From Clostridia bacterium (lineage in GTDB: Bacteria; Bacillota; Clostridia; Christensenellales; Aristaeellaceae): a stretch of DNA of 64,000 bases. Of the stretch, positions 57,697 to 64,000 are shown piece after piece. The notes below the pieces were generated by a model that did no database searches, was not told where the DNA came from, and saw only the letters and a list, made by a program, of their open reading frames with translations. Location: assembly GCA_900769075.1 (NCBI GenBank), contig CAAGFE010000111.1, forward strand, positions 752 through 64,751. Direction: 5' to 3'. The translations under genes were made by a program, and so were the position numbers. Position 1 is the first letter of the stretch. The number at the start of each line of letters is the position of its first letter.

Positions 57697-58617
57697 TTAT
57701 TTGAGGAACCCGTTGATGATCTGCTCCTCGGCTTCGGCCTCGGTCAGGCCGAGGGTCATCAGCTTGATGATCTGCTCACCGGCGATTTTGCCGATGGCGG
57801 CCTCGTGGATCAGCGCCGCGTCGATGCTGTTGGCCTCCAGCTGGGGAATGGCCGCGATCTTCGCCTGATCCATGATGATCGCGTCGCACTCGGTGTGGCC
57901 GGTGCAATTCGCGTTGCCGGTGATCTTGCTGTCGAATTTCTGATAGCTCTCGTCCCGGGCGACGGAGCGGCTCACCACGTCGGTGGAAGCGCCATCGCCG
58001 TTCAGGCTGACCTCATAGCTGCTCAGGGCCACCTGACTGCCGTGGGTCATCAGCCGCTCCCGGACGACCAGGCGGGCGTTTGCCGCCAGATCAGCGCGGG
58101 TCACGCGGTTGGTGCTGTCCACGCCCTTGATCTGCACCATTTCCATCTCCATGGAGCTGCCCGCTTCCATGGTGACCTCGGTGACGGGATTCAGGATGCG
58201 CTTGCCCTGACCGTCGCCCTCGCCGTAGTGCTTTTCCACATACTTGACCTTGGCGTTCTCGCCCACAAAGAAGCGGTGAACGCCGTCATGCTCGGAGTCC
58301 TGATTGCCGCAGTTGTGGATGCCGCAGCCGGCGACGATGACCACGTCGCAGTTTTCACCCACATGGAAATCGTTGTACACGACCTCCTTGAGGCCGCTCT
58401 CGCTCAGCACCACCGGGATGTGTACGCTCTCGCCCACCGTGCCCGGCTTGATGTAAATGTCAATGCCGGAGCCGTCTTCCTTGGAAACGATGTCGATGTT
58501 GGCGGTGACGCTGCGGGCGGCGGACTTGCCATTGGCGCGGATGTTGTACGCGCCGGCGGGAACCTGCTCCAGCCCGGCGACCTCCATCAGAATGCGCTTC
58601 TGAATTGCATCCATCAC
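57697..58617 (-). CDS. SufB/SufD family Fe-S cluster assembly protein, 306 aa
   Basis: Beta-helix-like repeated GxxxxV segments typical of the SufBD fold. 4-nt overlap with the upstream ABC ATPase. Confidence 0.6.
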   Translation of the reverse strand: MMDAIQKRILMEVAGLEQVPAGAYNIRANGKSAARSVTANIDIVSKEDGSGIDIYIKPGTVGESVHIPVVLSESGLKEVVYNDFHVGENCDVVIVAGCGIHNCGNQDSEHDGVHRFFVGENAKVKYVEKHYGEGDGQGKRILNPVTEVTMEAGSSMEMEMVQIKGVDSTNRVTRADLAANARLVVRERLMTHGSQVALSSYEVSLNGDGASTDVVSRSVARDESYQKFDSKITGNANCTGHTECDAIIMDQAKIAAIPQLEANSIDAALIHEAAIGKIAGEQIIKLMTLGLTEAEAEEQIINGFLK

Positions 58618-59357
58618 TGAACGCCTCCCTTCGTGAGCTGACCGCAGGAGGACGCCACGGAGGACGTACCCAGCAGCGTGGGCAGGATTTCGTCCTTGGC
58701 GCCCTGGGCGATGATGCGTCCGCCGCCCAGCACGATGATCTCATCCGCGATGTTCAGGATGCGCTCCTGGTGGCTGATGACGATGATGGTGCGCTCGGCG
58801 TTGGCGGTGCGCATGCGCTCGAAAACCTCGATGAGGCTCTTGAAGCTCCACAGGTCAATGCCGGCCTCCGGCTCATCGAACACGGACAGCACCGTGCCCC
58901 GGGCCAGGACGGTGGCAATCTCGATGCGCTTGAGTTCGCCGCCGGAAAGGCTGGCGTTCACCTCGCGGTTGATGTAATCCCGGGCGCACAATCCGACCTC
59001 GGACAGGTAGCTGCATGCGTCGCCCACGGAGAGCTTCTTGCCGCTGGCAATGCGCAGTAGATCAATCACGCAGATGCCCTTGAACCGCACCGGCTGCTGG
59101 AAGGCGTAGCTCACGCCCATGTGGGCCCGCTCGGTGATGGTCTTGTCGGTCATGTCCACCCCGTCCAGCAGGATAGCACCCCCGGTGGGCTTTTCGATGC
59201 CCGCAATCAGCTTGGCGAGGGTGGATTTGCCGCCGCCGTTGGGGCCCGTGATGACCACAAACTTCCCCTTGCCGACGGTCAGGCTGATATCACGAATGAT
59301 TTCCTTTTCGTCCCGTTCGTCCGGCACGGAGAAGGAAAGATGCTTCAGCTCCAGCAT
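58614..59357 (-). CDS. sufC: SufC-like ABC-type ATPase, 247 aa
   Basis: Walker A GPNGGGKST. ABC signature LSGGELKR. Walker B VFDEPEAGID. H-loop ISH. Paired with the SufBD-family gene. Confidence 0.7.
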   Translation of the reverse strand: MLELKHLSFSVPDERDEKEIIRDISLTVGKGKFVVITGPNGGGKSTLAKLIAGIEKPTGGAILLDGVDMTDKTITERAHMGVSYAFQQPVRFKGICVIDLLRIASGKKLSVGDACSYLSEVGLCARDYINREVNASLSGGELKRIEIATVLARGTVLSVFDEPEAGIDLWSFKSLIEVFERMRTANAERTIIVISHQERILNIADEIIVLGGGRIIAQGAKDEILPTLLGTSSVASSCGQLTKGGVQ

Positions 59358-59405
59358 TGGTACATACCTCGCTGCTCTTTGAATCAGTGAAAATCACTGG
59401 CTCTC

Positions 59406-59447
59406 ATATTAGCACAGGAGCGGCGGGCTTGTCAAGGAATTGACAAG
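59406..59447 (-). promoter_or_regulatory. Putative suf promoter (-35 TTGACA, 18-nt spacer, -10 TAATAT) whose -35 lies inside a perfect palindrome CTTGTCAA-ggaa-TTGACAAG (59428-59447), a candidate repressor operator
   Basis: Minus strand reads ccTTGTCAAttccTTGACAAgcccgccgctcctgtgcTAATATgagagcc. The 5' UTR also contains palindrome CAGTGAttttTCACTG. Confidence 0.45.
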
Positions 59448-59567
59448 GCCCTGCCCTGATGCTGATAAAGTACCCATTTGGTCACGATTTGAAACACAGG
59501 AGCCAGGGCAAATCCTGCGCCCGTGAAAAGCCGCCCTCCATCGGGAGAGCGGCTTTTGGAGTCAGCG

Positions 59568-61340
59568 TCAATTGCGACAGACGGTGATGACCTCGCGCTC
59601 CCGGCAGGTGGTGGGATGGCCCAGGGCATCCATATCGCCGTCCATGTAGCGAACGATGGTCAGCGTATCGTCATCCACCGCCTCGATGTCGCACAGGCCG
59701 TACTTGAGCACATCGCTCTTCTGACGATGGGTCAGCTTGTTGCTGACGTAGTGCTGGAGGGCGGTGTCCTCCTTGCCCCAGGGGAAGGGGCGGCGGTTCC
59801 AGGGGTCATGGCAGCCGCACAGACCGGCCTCGTCGCCGTAGTAGATGGTCGGGCAGCCCGGCAGCGCACACAGCAGATCCACGCACATCTTGTAGCGCTT
59901 CACCGCCAGGCTGTATTCATCCACGGACAGGCGGATCCACTGCTGCTCATCCTTGGGCAGCTCCATGCAGCCCTTGTTCACCAGCATGTTCAGCGCGCGG
60001 GGACGGTCGTGGCTGCCAATCAGGTTCATCAGCGCGTAGCGGAACTGGGCCGGATACACCTCCGCCTGATGCTTCACCAGGCGCACGAGAGCCTTCGCGG
60101 AGGACTTCCCCGTGGCGAAGTCCAGAATCGCCTCGCGCAGGGGGTAGTTCATCACGGAGTCGAGGGTATCGCCGGTGCAGTAGCAGCGCATTTCGCCGTA
60201 AGCCACCTTGTTGGAGGCGTCCTCCCAGACCTCGCCCAGCACCACGGCTTCCGGGTTGGCCTTGTGGGCGGCGACGCGCAGCTTGCGCAGGAAGTCCATG
60301 GACAGCTCATCCGCCACGTCCAGGCGCCATCCGCAGGCGCCCCTGTGAATCCACCGGGGCACGATGCCCTCCTCGTCCCTGAACATGAACTGCTGGTACG
60401 CGGGATTGCCCTTGCGCAGCTCCGGCAGGCTCATGATGCCCCACCAGGCGCGGTAATCCTCCGGGAACTTCTTGAAGGTGTACCAGTCATAGTAGGGGGA
60501 AGAATCACCCTGGTACGCGCCCAGGTTCGGATAGTGACCGAAGTGGTTGAAGTACACGCTGTCCTCGCCCGTGTGGGAGAACACGCCGTCCAGCAGCACA
60601 CGGATGCCGTAGTCTTTGGCCTCCTCGCACAGGATCTGGAACTCTTCCTCAGTGCCGCACAGGGGGTCGATCCGGCTGTAATCGCCGGTGTCGTAGCGAT
60701 GGTTGGAGCGGGCGCGGAAGATGGGGTTGAGGTAGATGATGTCGATGCCCAGCTCCTTGAGGTAAGGGAGCTTTGCCCGGATGCCGTTCAGGTTGCCGCC
60801 GTAGAAATCCAGCTCCTGATACTTGCCGCCGCGCATATCGCCCACGGAGAGCATCTCTTCGTCCCAATGCTTGTGGACATAGCGATCCTCGCGGTCATCC
60901 TTGGCGGCGGTCTTGGCGCGGAAGAACCGGTCGGGGAAGATCTGGTAGATGTTCGCGCTGTGGAAGTAGGCCGGGGTGACAAAATTCCGGTCATACACCG
61001 TGATCTGGAAGGAGGCCGGATCGCCCCCGGTATAGGCCTGGCCCTCACCGCCCATCTGATCGGGCTGATTGCCATAAATCACGGTATGTCCGTCCTTGCG
61101 GTATACGATAAAGCGATACCAGTACAATCCGGGCGTTTCGGGCAGCTGAACGGCGGTTTCCCACACGTCGTCCCCCGTGTTGAGCATGGCATAGCACAGC
61201 TCTTCGTTCTGCCAGGTGCGCAGAATGATGGCGGTGGCCTCATCGCAGCGGAAGCGGATCATCACCGTGGACCCGGCGGCAGCAGGGCCCATGGGCTGGC
61301 GGTAGAATGCCTGATGGGAGTTGTGAAGCATCATCGTCAA
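59568..61340 (-). CDS. GH13 family alpha-glucan hydrolase of the neopullulanase/cyclomaltodextrinase/maltogenic amylase subgroup, cytoplasmic, 590 aa
   Basis: IYQIFPDRF hallmark. GIRVLLDGVFSHTG. GWRLDVADE (nucleophile Asp region). LIGSHD. N-terminal N-domain is present. Confidence 0.85.
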   Translation of the reverse strand: MTMMLHNSHQAFYRQPMGPAAAGSTVMIRFRCDEATAIILRTWQNEELCYAMLNTGDDVWETAVQLPETPGLYWYRFIVYRKDGHTVIYGNQPDQMGGEGQAYTGGDPASFQITVYDRNFVTPAYFHSANIYQIFPDRFFRAKTAAKDDREDRYVHKHWDEEMLSVGDMRGGKYQELDFYGGNLNGIRAKLPYLKELGIDIIYLNPIFRARSNHRYDTGDYSRIDPLCGTEEEFQILCEEAKDYGIRVLLDGVFSHTGEDSVYFNHFGHYPNLGAYQGDSSPYYDWYTFKKFPEDYRAWWGIMSLPELRKGNPAYQQFMFRDEEGIVPRWIHRGACGWRLDVADELSMDFLRKLRVAAHKANPEAVVLGEVWEDASNKVAYGEMRCYCTGDTLDSVMNYPLREAILDFATGKSSAKALVRLVKHQAEVYPAQFRYALMNLIGSHDRPRALNMLVNKGCMELPKDEQQWIRLSVDEYSLAVKRYKMCVDLLCALPGCPTIYYGDEAGLCGCHDPWNRRPFPWGKEDTALQHYVSNKLTHRQKSDVLKYGLCDIEAVDDDTLTIVRYMDGDMDALGHPTTCREREVITVCRN

Positions 61341-61424
61341 ATCAGTCCTGTTCTATTTGATGTCGGGCTATTCCGATGGCATCATCGCGGGCATGCCGGA
61401 AACGATTCCAGGCCTGGCAATCAT

Positions 61425-61460
61425 CTTGCCCGGACAGGGATAAGGCGTTGTCCGGGCAAG
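61425..61460. other. Perfect 12-bp inverted repeat CTTGCCCGGACA-N12-TGTCCGGGCAAG between glgP and the GH13 gene
   Basis: Direct reading. No U-tract on either side. Confidence 0.4.
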
Positions 61461-61484
61461 AGGTTCGGGCCTGTGCAGCGGCGA

Positions 61485-63941
61485 TCAATGCTTCTGCAGG
61501 GGGTCAAGGTGCCAGATGGTTTCATTATATTCGCGGATGGTGCGGTCAGAGGAGAACACGCCGGACATGGCGGTGTTGATGACGGCCATGCGGTTCCACT
61601 TGTCCTTGTCGGCATAGTCCGCGTCGATGCGGCGCTGGGCCATGGAGTAGGAGCCGAAGTCCTTCAGGACGAAGTAGGGATCGCCCATGGCGCCGTAATC
61701 GCCGATCAGCAGGCTGTGGTACAGATCCTGCAGGGCGCCGGGGGCGTCGGGCATCACGGTGCCGTCGATCATCTGGGTCAGGGCCAGGCGGAGCTCGGCG
61801 TTGGTCTCGAAGATGGACATGGGGTTGTAGCTCCGCTCGCGGTACATATCCAGCACCGTGTCGGAACGCATGCCGAAGATATAAATGTTGTCCATGCCGA
61901 CCTGCTGGCTGATTTCCACATTCGCGCCGTCCATGGTGCCGATGGTGACCGCGCCGTTCATCATGTACTTCATGTTGCCGGTGCCGCTGGCCTCCTTGGA
62001 GGCGGTGGACAGCTGCTCGGAAACCTCGGTGGCGGGGATGAGGATCTGGGCGCTGGACACGTCGTAGTTCTCCAGGAACACCACCTGGAGCATCTTGCTG
62101 GCGCGGGGATGCTTGGCGATCAGCTTGGACAGGGCGTTGATGAAGCGGATGATCTGCTTGGCGCGGTTGTAGCCGGGGGCAGCCTTGGAGCCGAAGATGA
62201 ACACCCGGGGCTGCATCGTGAAGTTTGCGTCGTTGACGATGCGGTTATACAGCACCAGGCAGTGCAGGGCGTTGAGCATCTGACGCTTGTACTCATGCAG
62301 GCGCTTGGACTGGGCGTCGAAGATGAAGGAGGGATCGACCACGGTGCCCTGGTGCTCCTTGAGGAACCTGGCCAAGCGCTCCTTGTTGTGGCGCTTGATT
62401 TTGGCGAACTCCTCGCGGAAGGCGGCGTCGTCGGCATAGGGCGCCAGGTTGGACAGCAACTCCGTGTTCTTGATCCAGTCGGTGCCGATGGTGTCGCAGA
62501 TGAGCCTGGTCAGCTCGGGGTTGCAGGCCATCAGCCAGCGGCGATGGGTGATGCCGTTGGTGATTGCGCTGAACTTCTCGGGCATCACCTGGTAGAAATC
62601 GCTGAAGGTTTCCTTCTTGAGGATATCGCCGTGGAGCTGGGACACGCCGTTGGTGCTGTAGGTCATGGCGACGCACAGGTTGGCCATGTGGATGTAGCCG
62701 TAGGAGATGATGGCCATCTTGCCCACGCGCTCCGCCTGGCCGGGGAAGTGATTCCACAGGCGTGCGCACAGGCGGCGGTTCATTTCCACCAGGATCTGGT
62801 AGATGCGGGGCAGCAGGGTCTTCACCATGCCCTCGGGCCACTTTTCCAGGGCCTCGGCCATGATGGTGTGGTTGGTGTAGGCGATGGTCTTGGAAACGAT
62901 GGCCTGCGCCTCGTCCCAGCCCAGTCCCTCTTCGTCCATCAGCAGGCGCATCAGCTCGGGGATGGCCAGGCCGGGATGGGTATCGTTGACGTGGACGACC
63001 ACCTTCTCCGGGAGCTTGTGCCAATCGTTGCCGTTGAGCTTCTTGAAGTCCTTGATCATGTACTGGAGGGTGGCGCTGGTGAAGAAGTACTGCTGCTTCA
63101 GCCGGAGGAGCTTGCCCTCATAATGATTGTCCTCGGGGTAGAGGATATTGGAGATGGCCTCGGCCAGCTCCTTCTCCTCGGTGGCCTGGACGAACTGACC
63201 GCGGCCGAAGGAGCTCAGGTCCATGCGCTTGGGGGAGCGGGCGCTCCACAGGCGCAGGCTGTTGACGGTGGAGGTGTCATAACCGACCAGGGGCATGTCA
63301 TAAGGGATGGCTTCCACGGTGTTGTAGCCCACATGTTTGAAGGTCAGCCGGCCGTTTTCCTCGGTCATCTCCACATGCCCGTTGAAGTGCACCTCGCAGG
63401 CATCCTCCATCACGGGCATTTCCCACACGTTGCCGTTGCCCAGCCAGTAGTCGGGCAGCTCCACCTGCTGGCCGTCGACGATCTTCTGGCGGAACAGGCC
63501 GTATTCGTAGCGGATGGAGCAGCCCATGGCGGGCAGGTCCAGGGAAGCGAGGGAATCCATGAAGCAGGCAGCCAGCCGGCCCAGGCCGCCGTTGCCCAGC
63601 GCGGGTTCAGGCTCTTCCTTGAGCACGGCGTCAATGTCGATGCCCAGCTCGTCGATGGCAGCCTTGTATTCATCGGTGGACACCAGGTTGAGGATATTGG
63701 TGTACAGGCTGCGGCCCATCAGGAATTCAACGGAGAGGTAGTACAGGCGCTTGGTGTTGTTGCGCTTGCGTTCCTCGCGGGAGATCATCCACTTCTGCAT
63801 GATCTGGTCGCGGACGGTGGAGGCCAGGGCACGGTAGATCTGCGCGTTGGAGGCCTCCTGGATGGTGCGGCCGTTATAGCGCTGCAGCTTGCCGATAATG
63901 GAAGCCTTGATGGACTCCTTGTCGAAGGAAGTGGTAGGCAT
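61485..63941 (-). CDS. glgP: Glycogen/maltodextrin phosphorylase (GT35), 818 aa
   Basis: MPTTSFDKESIKASIIGKLQ...LYYLSVEFLMGRSLYTNILNL...EASGTGNMKYMMNGAVTIGTMDGANVE (PLP-binding lysine region). AGGAGG RBS. Confidence 0.9.
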   Translation of the reverse strand: MPTTSFDKESIKASIIGKLQRYNGRTIQEASNAQIYRALASTVRDQIMQKWMISREERKRNNTKRLYYLSVEFLMGRSLYTNILNLVSTDEYKAAIDELGIDIDAVLKEEPEPALGNGGLGRLAACFMDSLASLDLPAMGCSIRYEYGLFRQKIVDGQQVELPDYWLGNGNVWEMPVMEDACEVHFNGHVEMTEENGRLTFKHVGYNTVEAIPYDMPLVGYDTSTVNSLRLWSARSPKRMDLSSFGRGQFVQATEEKELAEAISNILYPEDNHYEGKLLRLKQQYFFTSATLQYMIKDFKKLNGNDWHKLPEKVVVHVNDTHPGLAIPELMRLLMDEEGLGWDEAQAIVSKTIAYTNHTIMAEALEKWPEGMVKTLLPRIYQILVEMNRRLCARLWNHFPGQAERVGKMAIISYGYIHMANLCVAMTYSTNGVSQLHGDILKKETFSDFYQVMPEKFSAITNGITHRRWLMACNPELTRLICDTIGTDWIKNTELLSNLAPYADDAAFREEFAKIKRHNKERLARFLKEHQGTVVDPSFIFDAQSKRLHEYKRQMLNALHCLVLYNRIVNDANFTMQPRVFIFGSKAAPGYNRAKQIIRFINALSKLIAKHPRASKMLQVVFLENYDVSSAQILIPATEVSEQLSTASKEASGTGNMKYMMNGAVTIGTMDGANVEISQQVGMDNIYIFGMRSDTVLDMYRERSYNPMSIFETNAELRLALTQMIDGTVMPDAPGALQDLYHSLLIGDYGAMGDPYFVLKDFGSYSMAQRRIDADYADKDKWNRMAVINTAMSGVFSSDRTIREYNETIWHLDPLQKH

Positions 63942-64000
63942 GGGGGTGTTCCTCCTTTATCTTCAGGAAATGCATCCGAATGTCACTGTGGGAAAACATG

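Overview
High-GC (about 60-65%) bacterial chromosome segment with strong AGGAGG-type ribosome-binding sites and very high GC at third codon positions, consistent with a Clostridia-like gut anaerobe. The taxon is inferred, not proven. Most of the window (about 9.6-57.7 kb) is a plant-glycan utilisation region for arabinan, arabinoxylan and pectin side chains. It encodes four GH43 enzymes (three paralogous long-form GH43 proteins plus an endo-arabinanase-like GH43). It also encodes two GH51 arabinofuranosidases, a GH10 xylanase, a GUS-like GH2, a GH27 alpha-galactosidase and a GH28. Three CUT1-type ABC importers with no ATPase gene are present. The most unusual content is a paralogous gene module present twice (9666-21949 and 39627-52406). 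Each copy has (i) a roughly 950-aa secreted bipartite protein: two CBM-like beta-sandwich repeats fused to a family-1 solute-binding domain; (ii) a MalF-type and a MalG-type permease; (iii) a membrane protein combining a signal peptide, an NHL beta-propeller, a TPR segment and a C-terminal Yip1-like polytopic domain; (iv) a secreted 720-860-aa protein of unknown function, possibly glycoside-hydrolase-like; (v) a second complete permease-permease-SBP set. In copy 1 the MalG-type permease has been moved to the 3' end of the module. Flanking genes are a Tat-exported FMN/FAD flavoprotein reductase, a HemN/HemW-like radical SAM gene (truncated by the window edge) and a 2H-phosphoesterase. There are also a short resolvase-like stub next to a Cys-rich hypothetical protein, two coiled-coil membrane proteins and a GNAT. 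An ECF sigma/anti-sigma(DUF4349-like)/SIMPL triplet is present, and htpG is preceded by a perfect CIRCE element. At the 3' end are SufC/SufD-like genes with a palindromic operator over the promoter -35, a GH13 neopullulanase-type enzyme and glycogen phosphorylase. No rRNA, tRNA, CRISPR array or intact IS element was seen. Many long antisense ORFs in the track are high-GC artefacts.
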